Shown one piece after another: positions 9,864 to 18,114 of a DNA stretch of 64,000 nucleotides (positions are counted from its first letter, which is position 1; every line of letters begins with the position of its first letter). Origin of the DNA: Eubacteriales bacterium (lineage in GTDB: Bacteria; Bacillota; Clostridia; Oscillospirales; CAG-272); the NCBI GenBank assembly GCA_045540175.1, contig JAZQGU010000070.1:41412-105411 (forward strand), given 5' to 3'. Below the pieces are notes generated by a model. That model was not told where the DNA came from. It saw only the letters and a program-made list of their open reading frames with translations, and searched no databases. The translations under genes were made by a program, and so were the position numbers.

Positions 9864-9897
9864 AAAACCCCGCCGAAATCTCGGCGGGGTTCGTTTT
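9864..9897. terminator. Bidirectional hairpin terminator
   Basis: AACCCCGCCGA-aatc-TCGGCGGGGTT followed by CGTTTTA, between convergent genes. Confidence 0.8.
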
Positions 9898-9908
9898 ATA
9901 GTTCTATA

Positions 9909-11600
9909 TCAGTCAATAGACATATCAAGCTTAAATCTCATTATCTTACGGAGGGTATTCTTCGGGAACTCCTCGGTACGCACCTTAAGAACTCCTATCT
10001 TCTTATAGGGAACCGCGGTGCGGTTATAGTTATCAACGTAGGGCTTGAGGTGTGCGTAAGCGTCCTCGATGCCATTCTTTTCAAGGTATTCCTTATCGGG
10101 ATAGATCTCGGCAACGATCTGGTTATGCTCCATACCGCGCTTGCTCTGTCCCTCGTAAACAATTATTTCAAGCACGCCAGGAGTTGCCATGAACTCGCTC
10201 TCGATCTCCTCGGGATATACGTTCTTACCGTTAGAGAGAATGATAAGGTTCTTTTTACGGCCTGTGATAAAGAGCACGTCGCCCTCCATCTTACCGTAGT
10301 CGCCTGTACGGAAATATCCGTCCTCTGTCATTGCGTTTGCCGTTGCTTCATCGTCCTGATAGTAGCCGAGCATTACGTTCGAGCCCTTGACGCAGATTTC
10401 GCCCTCGCCGTCCTCGTTAGGATCGTCGATCTTGATCTCGTCGATGTCAAGGATCGGTCCGACACTTCCTTCAACCGATCTGCGGCTTCTGTTGACCGCA
10501 ACGATAGGTGCACACTCGGTTATACCGTAGCCGTTAAGAGTAGAGATACCGATGCCCTCGAAGAAGTGAAGAATATCGGGGTTGATCGGTGCGCCGCCCG
10601 AGATTATCATCTTGACCTCGCCGCCGAATGCCGCGCGGATACCTCCGAAGAACTTAGCGCGCATATCGATGCCGACCTTAAGAAGTCCGTTCGATATCTT
10701 CATCATCCTTGCTACGAGCTTTTCCTTGCCCTGCTCCTTGATGTTTGCCTTTATCTTACGGTAGAATGTCTCAAGGTAAAGCGGAACGATAACAAGGTGA
10801 CCGGGCTACTGCTCCTTAAGCTCCTTGGTTATATAACGGATACCGGAGGAAATGAAGATCTCCGAGCCGATTATTGCATGACCTACGATCATAACCGACG
10901 AGCCGAAGGTATGATGAGGCGGGAGAACGCCGACTGTCTTATTCGAGAAGTCCATATAAGGAATAACGGAAGAAAGGTCCGAAAGAACGTTCGTCTGCGA
11001 AAGCATAACGCCCTTGCCCTTACCTGTCGTACCCGACGTGAAGACGAGGATCGACATCTTGTTTGCGTCGATAGGATTATTAAAATAAGTATCGGAATTT
11101 GCTTCAAATTCGGCCATTCCCTGCTCAATAAGAGAGGAAACTGTGTTTTCGCCCTCCGCGTTCATGAGGATAGGCTCTGTAGCAAGTCCGCTGTTTTCTT
11201 TGATATAGCTTGCCTTTGCTTCGATGTCCTTATCGCAGAAAAGATAGCTGATATCAGCTCTGACTGCAGTATCGCAAAGATCCTTTTCATGCCAATCACG
11301 GTCGAGGGGAGCAATTACTGCGTCTGCGGCAAGGATCGAAAGATAGGTTACTACCCAGTCATAAGAGAACTTACCGATAACAACGCAGTGCTTTCCGCTT
11401 GCACCCATATTGATGAGCTTTGTCGCCATTGCTCTTACGTCGTCACGGAGTCTTATGAAGCTTCTCACTTCGGTCTCGGGAGCAGTTGCCTTGAGCTTGA
11501 AGGAGTATGCACTTTGTTCACCGTAGGTTTCAGCCGCCCACTCAACGAGATGTCTCATGTTCTCAAACTCATGTTTTTCGTGAAGCTGTTCTTTTTTCAT
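9909..11600 (-). pseudogene. Long-chain acyl-CoA synthetase (AMP-dependent ligase) interrupted by one in-frame TAG at 10806-10808
   Basis: Track ORFs 10806..11600 and 9909..10706 are in the same frame. Reading through gives ...ITKELKEQ-TAG-PGHLVIVPLYLETFYRKIKANIKEQGKEKLVARMMKISNGLL..., a continuous ligase sequence. The AMP-binding motif is LVFTSGTTGKGKGVMLS, and later motifs are YGITE and TGDYGKM..GDVLFITGRKKNLI. Pseudogene status is uncertain; see findings. Confidence 0.7.
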
Positions 11601-11625
11601 TTTTATATTCCTCTCAATATAATAA

Positions 11626-12207
11626 TTACTTTTTTAGTCCTTCGATCATGAAGGAAAAGGAGTACCTGAAGTTTTTTACCGCTTCTTCTTTCGGTATGTT
11701 CTGCGTGATAACGTCGGCGTTATATCCGCGGCAGAAGCACCATATTGAATGGCTCAGAACGTCGGAATCGACTTTTTTAATATATCCCTTTTCGACTGCA
11801 TTTTCGATGATCTTTTTTATCTCTGCAGTCCACCATTCGCGGTTTTCTCTCTCGGTCGAGTCGGTTTCGAAAACGAAGTTGCTCATTTGCTTTCGGCTTT
11901 CGTACGACATTGAGATTATTTCCGAAACGAGATCGTACACGTTTTCAAAAAAATCCTTCTTAGCGTCATTCTTTGCCGTTATGCAATTTCTTGCTTTAAG
12001 CACCGTTTTTTCGTAAACCTTCTCAAGCACCTCACCGATATTATGAAAACGGTTATAAAAAACTCTGTTCGTTATGCCGAGTGAGCGGAGGATCTTTCTG
12101 ACGGTCAGCCCTTCTGTGCCGCTTTCAACAGCAATCTCTTCCGCTGTGTCTATAATTTTATCGGACATTTCATCGCGGATAAGCTTCCCGCTTTCGCTTC
12201 GCGTCAT
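11626..12207 (-). CDS. TetR/AcrR family transcriptional regulator
   Basis: HTH segment is LTVRKILRSLGITNRVFYNRFHN. The start is placed at ATG 12207 behind a GGAGG RBS. The gene is 25 nt upstream of the acyl-CoA synthetase, so they probably form one operon. Confidence 0.85.
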   Translation of the reverse strand: MTRSESGKLIRDEMSDKIIDTAEEIAVESGTEGLTVRKILRSLGITNRVFYNRFHNIGEVLEKVYEKTVLKARNCITAKNDAKKDFFENVYDLVSEIISMSYESRKQMSNFVFETDSTERENREWWTAEIKKIIENAVEKGYIKKVDSDVLSHSIWCFCRGYNADVITQNIPKEEAVKNFRYSFSFMIEGLKK

Positions 12208-12221
12208 TATGCTCCTCCTTT

Positions 12222-12238
12222 CAGCACACTGTGTGCTG
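12222..12238. promoter_or_regulatory. 17-bp perfect palindrome, candidate TetR operator
   Basis: CAGCACAC-T-GTGTGCTG lies between the -10 box and the RBS of the TetR gene. Confidence 0.55.
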
Positions 12239-12244
12239 GGAGTG

Positions 12245-12273
12245 ATTATAGCACAAGTTTCACCGTATGTCAA
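12245..12273 (-). promoter_or_regulatory. Consensus sigma-A promoter of the TetR-ligase operon
   Basis: Minus strand reads TTGACA-tacggtgaaacttgtgc-TATAAT (17-nt spacer). Confidence 0.65.
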
Positions 12274-12323
12274 GCATTTTAGCAAAAAACTTCCCCGACG
12301 GGGTTTCCGCCGGGGACTTCACT

Positions 12324-14114
12324 TTATTCTTCGTCTTCTGTTTCGACAACTGCGATCGCAAGTTCACTCAGTGCCTTGGGGTCGGGGAGCGATGGACACT
12401 TCGTCATAAGCTCGGACGCGTTCTGCACCTTCGGGAATGCGATGACGTCTCTTATGTCCTCAAGACCGAGAAGGAGAGTTACAAGACGGTCGAGGCCGAA
12501 TGCGAGACCGCCGTGAGGAGGTGTTCCGTATTTAAATGCTTCAAGCAGGAATCCAAACTTTGCCTGTGCTTCCTCGGGAGTGAAGCCGAGAGCTTCGAAC
12601 ATCTTATTCTGGATCTCGCCGTCGTGAATACGGATAGAACCGCCGCCTGCCTCGGTACCGTTGATAACGATATCGTATGCGATAGAGCGAACTCTTCCGG
12701 GGTCGGACGTAAGATATTCAATGTCCTCTGCAAATGGCATTGTGAAGGGGTGATGCTTTGCGTAGTAACGTCCGTCGTCCTCGTCGTACTCGAAGAGCGG
12801 AAACTCGGTTACCCAAAGGAGCTTATATTCGTTCGGGTCGAGAAGTCCCATTCTCTTTGCGACTTCGCAACGGAGTGCGCCGAGAGAGTCGAACACAACC
12901 TTATTCTTATCGGCAACGATAAGCGCAAGGTCGCCCTCTTCGATTCCGAGAGTCTTTACGACTGCCGCGTTTTCTTCTTCAGTCAGGAACTTGGCGTAGG
13001 ACGAGGAAACTTCACCTGCGTTATTTTTATACCACGCAAGTCCCTTTGCCTTATAGCTCTTGACAAACTCGGTAAGGGAGTCAATTTCCTTACGGGAGAA
13101 CTTTGCACCGCCCTTGATATTGATACCGCGGACGCTTCCACCGTTCTCTATCGCGCCTGCGAACACCTTGAAGCCGCATCCCGAAAGAACGGAGGAAAGA
13201 TCAGTAAGCTCGAATCCGAAACGGAGGTCGGGCTTATCGGAACCGAAGCGGTTCATCCCCTCATCGTATGTCATGCGTGTAAGAGGAAGCTCAAGGTCGA
13301 TACCCTTGAATTCCTTGAACACCTTTTTGAGGAAGCCCTCTGTTACAGAAATCACATCGTCCTGCGTTACAAAGGACATTTCAAGGTCGATCTGAGTAAA
13401 CTCGGGCTGACGGTCTGCGCGGAGGTCCTCGTCGCGGAAGCAACGCGCGATTTGGATATATCGGTCGAATCCCGAGAGCATAAGAAGCTGCTTATAGAGC
13501 TGAGGAGACTGAGGAAGCGCATAGAACTTTCCGTGATGAACGCGTGAAGGAACGAGATAGTCTCTTGCTCCCTCGGGAGTAGGAGCTATCAGGTTAGGAG
13601 TTTCGATATCTATAAAGCCCTGATCCGCAAAGTATTCTCTTGCGATACGGGTTATCTTTGCGCGGTCGATAATATGCTGCTGAAGATCGGGACGGCGAAG
13701 ATCAAGATAACGGTGCTTAAGACGAAGCTCAGGCTTGACGTTACTGTTCTCGACGATCTCAAAAGGAGGCGTCTGGGAAGCGGAGAGGATCTTGAGCTCA
13801 TCAACCGCGATCTCAACGTGTCCGGTCGGGATTGTATCGTTTACCGACGAACGCTCTCTTACAACTCCCTTTGCGCAAAGGACGTACTCCGAGCGCACGG
13901 AAAATGCAAGGTCAAACACCTCGCGTGCGGTATTGTCATCAAAAGCGAGCTGTACGATGCCTGTACGGTCGCGCAGGTCAATAAAGATCAGACTTCCGAG
14001 GTCTCTTGCTCTCTGCACCCATCCCATAACGCAAGCGCGAGATCCGACGTCAGATTCTCTATACTGCCCGCAGTATTTTGTTCTTTTGTCGTTAACTGTA
14101 AGTAGCTGTGACAT
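12324..14114 (-). CDS. aspS: Aspartate--tRNA ligase
   Basis: Class IIb AspRS: the anticodon-binding OB begins ...KYCGQYRESDVGSRACVMGWV. Motifs are FRDEDLRADRQPEFTQID, GGGSIRIH and GLAFGLDRL. The start is chosen at ATG 14114; the track starts 3 codons earlier at a GTG. Confidence 0.95.
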   Translation of the reverse strand: MSQLLTVNDKRTKYCGQYRESDVGSRACVMGWVQRARDLGSLIFIDLRDRTGIVQLAFDDNTAREVFDLAFSVRSEYVLCAKGVVRERSSVNDTIPTGHVEIAVDELKILSASQTPPFEIVENSNVKPELRLKHRYLDLRRPDLQQHIIDRAKITRIAREYFADQGFIDIETPNLIAPTPEGARDYLVPSRVHHGKFYALPQSPQLYKQLLMLSGFDRYIQIARCFRDEDLRADRQPEFTQIDLEMSFVTQDDVISVTEGFLKKVFKEFKGIDLELPLTRMTYDEGMNRFGSDKPDLRFGFELTDLSSVLSGCGFKVFAGAIENGGSVRGINIKGGAKFSRKEIDSLTEFVKSYKAKGLAWYKNNAGEVSSSYAKFLTEEENAAVVKTLGIEEGDLALIVADKNKVVFDSLGALRCEVAKRMGLLDPNEYKLLWVTEFPLFEYDEDDGRYYAKHHPFTMPFAEDIEYLTSDPGRVRSIAYDIVINGTEAGGGSIRIHDGEIQNKMFEALGFTPEEAQAKFGFLLEAFKYGTPPHGGLAFGLDRLVTLLLGLEDIRDVIAFPKVQNASELMTKCPSLPDPKALSELAIAVVETEDEE

Positions 14115-14152
14115 ATTTTTCACTCTTTCCGAAAATATTTATTCATCTTGGA

Positions 14153-14181
14153 ATTATATCACATATTGCCGAAACTGTCAA
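14153..14181 (-). promoter_or_regulatory. Consensus sigma-A promoter for aspS
   Basis: Minus strand reads TTGACA-gtttcggcaatatgtga-TATAAT. The leader is short and has no T-box. Confidence 0.6.
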
Positions 14182-14216
14182 TATTTTTAGCTCTTTTGAA
14201 AAATTATATTTATATA

Positions 14217-14245
14217 TTGAAAATACTCGGTTTTTATGCTAAAAT
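14217..14245 (+). promoter_or_regulatory. Sigma-A promoter for the riboswitch-queT unit
   Basis: TTGAAA-atactcggtttttatgc-TAAAAT (17-nt spacer). Confidence 0.55.
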
Positions 14246-14249
14246 ATTT

Positions 14250-14296
14250 AGCAGTGAGTTCGAGACCTTCCTCACTTAAAACAAAACTAAAGGAGT
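14250..14296 (+). promoter_or_regulatory. preQ1-I riboswitch (translational, sequesters the SD)
   Basis: P1 is AGUGAG/CUCACU around a 12-nt loop UUCGAGACCUUC. An A-rich tail UAAAACAAAACUAAAGGAG follows. Loop CCUU can pair with AAGG of the SD to form P2. The architecture and tail match known preQ1-I aptamers, and the downstream gene is queT. Confidence 0.75.
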
Positions 14297-14305
14297 ATTT
14301 TCAAA

Positions 14306-14794
14306 ATGAAAAAAAGCAAGACCCTATTTATCACCAAAGCGGCTGTAATTGCCGCGCTTTACGTTGTGCTGACGGGTGTCAGCGCTATGTTTCACCTCGA
14401 CCGTGGAATAATCCAGCTTCGGCTATCAGAAACTCTTACCGTTCTGCCGCTTTTTACCCCCGCGGCGATACCCGGTCTGTTTTTCGGCTGTGCTCTTTCA
14501 AACTTCCTATTTGGAGCGCTTCCCCTTGACGTTCTTCTCGGAAGTATTGCAACACTCATCGGTGCTTTCGGCACTTATTATCTGGGGCGCATTTCAAAAT
14601 ATCTTGCTCCTATACCGCCGATAGTTGCAAACACCGTAGTGGTTCCGCTTGTGCTAAAGTACGTTTACTGCTTTGAGGGCGGTATTCCCTACTTTGCTCT
14701 CACCGTATTTATCGGGGAACTTCTCTCCTGCGGAGTTCTCGGGCTTTTACTCATTAAAGCCATGCCGAAATACCTCAAAGAACAGCTTAAATGA
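14306..14794 (+). CDS. queT: Queuosine precursor transporter QueT (ECF-type S component)
   Basis: 162-aa polytopic membrane protein starting MKKSKTLFITKAAVIAALYVVLT, with ...LSETLTVLP.. later. It is QueT-family-like and sits behind a preQ1 riboswitch. Confidence 0.8.
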   Translation: MKKSKTLFITKAAVIAALYVVLTGVSAMFHLDRGIIQLRLSETLTVLPLFTPAAIPGLFFGCALSNFLFGALPLDVLLGSIATLIGAFGTYYLGRISKYLAPIPPIVANTVVVPLVLKYVYCFEGGIPYFALTVFIGELLSCGVLGLLLIKAMPKYLKEQLK

Positions 14795-14823
14795 TAAAAA
14801 AATGAGCGCCGCTTTTGCGGCGC
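14795..14823. terminator. Hairpin terminator between convergent queT and the LCP gene
   Basis: GCGCCGC-tttt-GCGGCGC. The T-tract is on the minus-strand side. Confidence 0.7.
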
Positions 14824-14832
14824 CCACCTACT

Positions 14833-16239
14833 TTATTTACCGTAAATATATTCCCATACCTTCTGCTTCTGTACTGCGAAATCGATTTTGAGGACCTGAG
14901 CTCCGCCCTCTCCTCTTCCGACCTCCATCTGATTACCCATATGGTAATAGATGCTCCAGTATTCGGTCGGTATTCTGTGAGATCCGATACTCATATTCGC
15001 ACCGTTCGATACGACGCTTGCAGTAAGATCGATCATTTCATCGAGCGGGATATTCGTCTGTATCATATTGAAGCCTTCACGAACAAGGTCGTAGATCTCG
15101 GTTATATCGCGCGAAGAAACGACCTGCTTGAAAAGCGCCATGATGACCTTTCTCTGGCGGTTTGTTCGGTTGACGTCGGATCCGCCGTATCTTTGGCGCA
15201 TGTGCGCAAGTGCCGCTTCACCGTCGAGATGATAGGTTCCGTCTCCGTTGTCAATAACCTTAAATCCGGAGTTCTGGATCCACTGAACCTCGCCTCTCGG
15301 GTCATTAGGCGTATTCGTAAGAGGCAAATTGACGCCTCCGCAGGCATCTACCAGCTTCTTCGTTCCTTCAAAATTCACTATTACAAATCTCTGAATATCA
15401 AGCCCGAAGAGCTGATTTATCGTATTTACCGTACATGCAACTCCACTGAGGGAGAAGGTTGCGTTAAGACGCTGCCAGAGTATTCCGCCGTCCTTTCCGA
15501 TGCCTTCAATCGGAACGAGCGTATCTCTCATAAACGATACAAGCTTTGCTTTACCGGTTCTCTTATTGTAAGAGCAAACTATCATCGTATCGGAGCGACC
15601 TTTAAGAGAGGACATATTTCTGCTGTCGGTACCGATAAGGAGAATATTTTCAACGTCGGGGTCTATTCTGTCGACCTTATATATACCGTTTACCGTGACC
15701 GGCTTTTTATTGACCACCGGATCATCACCTTGGTCCGGATCTGTCGTTACTGGAGGCGGCTCGGGAATTCCCGTCGTAATATCTGCCTTGATTCCCGTGT
15801 TCTTTCCTCCAATATACCAGTTCCCGTCTTCGCCGACTGTCGGCTCATTTTCTATCGGAGTATACTCTTCGCCGTATTCATCGACTTCCGGTGTGCCGTA
15901 AACCACCTTTATTCCCATATCGGTTTCGCCTACCCACCAGTTGCCATTTTCGCCGGCGTAGGGTCTGCCTTCGGTATTGCTCATTATCGGAGGAATCACG
16001 AAGGTGTAATCCGGAGGGCGAGTAATTATCGGAATCTTGGTGTACCCTTTATTATATGCCTCAAGAAGAGGCATGATTATAGCGACTCCAGCGCAGGTTA
16101 TTACGAGGAGAAGCGATATCAGGCTGACGAGAACTATTTTGAGTACTTTTCTCGTCTTTACCCTTCTTGCTCTTGACAGCTTCGAAACGCCTTGTGCCTT
16201 TCCGTTTCCGAAGCCGGCATTGTTATTCTGACCGTTCAT
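14833..16239 (-). CDS. LytR-CpsA-Psr (LCP) family cell-wall glycopolymer transferase
   Basis: N-terminal TM helix. The LCP core is ILLIGTDSR...RSDTMIVCSYN...SFMRDT. Between the TM and the core are two copies of a short motif, GENGNWWVGETDMGIKV and GEDGNWYIGGKNTGIKA. Confidence 0.85.
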   Translation of the reverse strand: MNGQNNNAGFGNGKAQGVSKLSRARRVKTRKVLKIVLVSLISLLLVITCAGVAIIMPLLEAYNKGYTKIPIITRPPDYTFVIPPIMSNTEGRPYAGENGNWWVGETDMGIKVVYGTPEVDEYGEEYTPIENEPTVGEDGNWYIGGKNTGIKADITTGIPEPPPVTTDPDQGDDPVVNKKPVTVNGIYKVDRIDPDVENILLIGTDSRNMSSLKGRSDTMIVCSYNKRTGKAKLVSFMRDTLVPIEGIGKDGGILWQRLNATFSLSGVACTVNTINQLFGLDIQRFVIVNFEGTKKLVDACGGVNLPLTNTPNDPRGEVQWIQNSGFKVIDNGDGTYHLDGEAALAHMRQRYGGSDVNRTNRQRKVIMALFKQVVSSRDITEIYDLVREGFNMIQTNIPLDEMIDLTASVVSNGANMSIGSHRIPTEYWSIYYHMGNQMEVGRGEGGAQVLKIDFAVQKQKVWEYIYGK

Positions 16240-16382
16240 TGTTCTTGCCTTTCTTTAGACTTACAGTCTAATAATCATTCCGTATTATGATATCATTTAC
16301 TTCGACAAATGTCAAGTCCTATCGACCACCCATTTGTTTACATATTGTAAAATAAAGTTGAAAATTGTTTTGGAGGAGCTAC

Positions 16383-17339
16383 ATGAAAACAGTTATCCTT
16401 GACGGCTTTGCCGTTAACCCCGGAGACCTTGATTGGAATTTTCTTGGCGAGTTCGGCACCTATACCGTCTACGACCGCAGTGAGGAAAGCCAGGTCGCTG
16501 AGAGAATAGGTGATGCAGATATCGTCATTACCAACCGTATGCACATAACCGAAGAGGTTCTTAAAGAATGCCCCAACCTTAAATTTATATCCGCTTTCGG
16601 CACCGGTTATGACATGATCGACGTTCCCGCCTGCCGCGCTCACGGTGTTGAGGTATGTAATATTCCCGGTTATTCCACGTCGTCAGTTTCACAGTTTGCT
16701 TTTTCGCTTATGCTCGCCGTATCGACGCGAATAGATCTCTTCAGAAAGGCAGTTCTTGATGGAACCTGGACGGGCAGAAGCGATTTTGCTTATCAGTCAA
16801 TTCCCTACGTTGAGCTCGAAAACAAGACCGTCGGAGTTTACGGCTGCGGAGCTATCGGAATGAGATTCGCCAAGCTTTGCTCTGCCTTCGGAATGAGGGT
16901 TCTGGCTTACCGAAGAAGCGTTGAAAATGAGATGATCGACGGTATAGAATTTACCGATAAGGATACGCTTCTTTCCGAATCGGATTTCGTGTCTATCCAC
17001 TGTCCTCTCACAGACGAGACGAGGGGACTTGTAAATTTCGAATTCCTTTCAAAAATGAAGAAGGGCGCATTCCTCATAAATACATCACGAGGTGCCGTAA
17101 TTAACGAAAACGATCTATATACCGCTCTTACCGACGGAACTCTTTCGGGTGCGGCGATTGACGTTATGATCAAGGAGCCACCGAGCCGTGATAACCCGCT
17201 TCTCACCCTTGACAACTGTATAATCACCCCTCACGCAGCTTGGGTATCTATCGAAGCGCGTCACAGAATGATCGGTATTCTTTCTGACAACATCAGATCG
17301 TTTATCAAGACCGGCAAAGGCATTAACAGAGTTTTTTAA
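16383..17339 (+). CDS. D-isomer-specific 2-hydroxyacid dehydrogenase (glycerate dehydrogenase-like)
   Basis: NAD-binding motif VGVYGCGAIGMRFA, then NTSRGAVINENDL and ITPHAAW. The start is at ATG 16383 behind GGAGG. Confidence 0.85.
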   Translation: MKTVILDGFAVNPGDLDWNFLGEFGTYTVYDRSEESQVAERIGDADIVITNRMHITEEVLKECPNLKFISAFGTGYDMIDVPACRAHGVEVCNIPGYSTSSVSQFAFSLMLAVSTRIDLFRKAVLDGTWTGRSDFAYQSIPYVELENKTVGVYGCGAIGMRFAKLCSAFGMRVLAYRRSVENEMIDGIEFTDKDTLLSESDFVSIHCPLTDETRGLVNFEFLSKMKKGAFLINTSRGAVINENDLYTALTDGTLSGAAIDVMIKEPPSRDNPLLTLDNCIITPHAAWVSIEARHRMIGILSDNIRSFIKTGKGINRVF

Positions 17340-17366
17340 TTTTTAAGTATATTTTCTTCAAAACTA

Positions 17367-17395
17367 TTGACAATTATTCCTTGAGATGTTATAAT
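17367..17395 (+). promoter_or_regulatory. Consensus sigma-A promoter of the Crp/Fnr-ABC transporter unit
   Basis: TTGACA-attattccttgagatgt-TATAAT (17-nt spacer). Confidence 0.6.
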
Positions 17396-17421
17396 GCAAG
17401 TGTCTCATATGAGACACTTGC
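17396..17421. promoter_or_regulatory. 26-bp perfect palindrome, candidate Crp/Fnr-type operator or 5' RNA hairpin
   Basis: GCAAGTGTCTCAT|ATGAGACACTTGC starts immediately after the -10 box. It contains TGTCT-N6-AGACA, the same 5-6-5 layout as CRP-type sites. Confidence 0.5.
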
Positions 17422-17431
17422 GGAGAATGAT

Positions 17432-18082
17432 ATGTTAAATAACGTCAATATCCCTGATCTCTTAAAGGCACACCCGATATTTGAGCGTGTTTCTGATGAG
17501 AAAATCGATCAGATCCTTTCCGACGGTCGCTGTAAAACCATAACGGCTTCAGACGGAAACGAGATCGTGACCGACGGAAGAGGCCTTTCGATAATCCTGT
17601 CGGGTGGTGTACTAGTATTCCGCCGAGGAAACGGTCTGCCCGTTCTTCTTCAAAGACTTGGAAAGGGCAAAATCTTCGGTGCCGCTTCCCTCTTTTCAGA
17701 CGGACAAAAGTCGGTAACCGAGCTTAAGGCAGAGGGAGATGCTTCAGTATTCTTCATACCAGTCACACTAATAACCGAGCTTATTGAAGAGGATAGCGCG
17801 TTCGCGCTTGCTTATATCGCTTTTCTTTCAGGGAAGATACGTTTTCTCAATAAGAGAATCTCGGAGCTTTCTGCGCCGTCAACGACACAAAAGCTTGCAA
17901 TGTTCCTTATAAGTGAGGAGGGCGATATTGCCCCAACGAGAGTCAAGCTTGCTTCTGCTCTCGGGATCGGCCGCGCATCGCTTTACCGTGCTCTTGACGA
18001 GCTTACGGATATGGGACTTATCTCGATCGACGGTAAAACCGTAACGGTTAAGGATAGAGAAGGACTTATGGCTATCATTTGA
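17432..18082 (+). CDS. Crp/Fnr family transcriptional regulator
   Basis: A cNMP-binding-like beta-roll (ILSGGVLVFRRG...GKIFGAASLF) is followed by a C-terminal HTH (RVKLASALGIGRASLYRALDEL). The start is at ATG 17432. Confidence 0.8.
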   Translation: MLNNVNIPDLLKAHPIFERVSDEKIDQILSDGRCKTITASDGNEIVTDGRGLSIILSGGVLVFRRGNGLPVLLQRLGKGKIFGAASLFSDGQKSVTELKAEGDASVFFIPVTLITELIEEDSAFALAYIAFLSGKIRFLNKRISELSAPSTTQKLAMFLISEEGDIAPTRVKLASALGIGRASLYRALDELTDMGLISIDGKTVTVKDREGLMAII

Positions 18083-18114
18083 CACTAAATCTTAACACGC
18101 AAAGGAAAATTGAT

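Noticed and set aside
10806-10808. The in-frame TAG as a pyrrolysine codon.
   Set aside because: The host gene is an acyl-CoA ligase, not a methylamine methyltransferase. No pyl genes or obvious downstream PYLIS-like structure are visible in the window. A nonsense mutation or sequencing error is more parsimonious. It is kept as a finding but not called as recoding.
14124-14216. T-box leaders upstream of aspS (14124-14216) and trpS (27488-27651), and a purine riboswitch upstream of guaB (46350-46440).
   Set aside because: In each case a consensus promoter lies only about 30-60 nt from the start codon. That leaves no room for a 200-nt T-box or a 70-nt aptamer plus expression platform. I saw no T-box 14-mer or specifier-loop motif.
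15700-15960. Duplicated G(E/D)NGNW(W/Y)(V/I)G..(D/N)(M/T)GIK(V/A) motif in the LCP protein as a possible novel domain.
   Set aside because: There are only two short copies inside a linker between the TM helix and the LCP core. I believe similar GNW-type motifs are common in Firmicute surface proteins. It is noted in the feature evidence but not considered a separate discovery.
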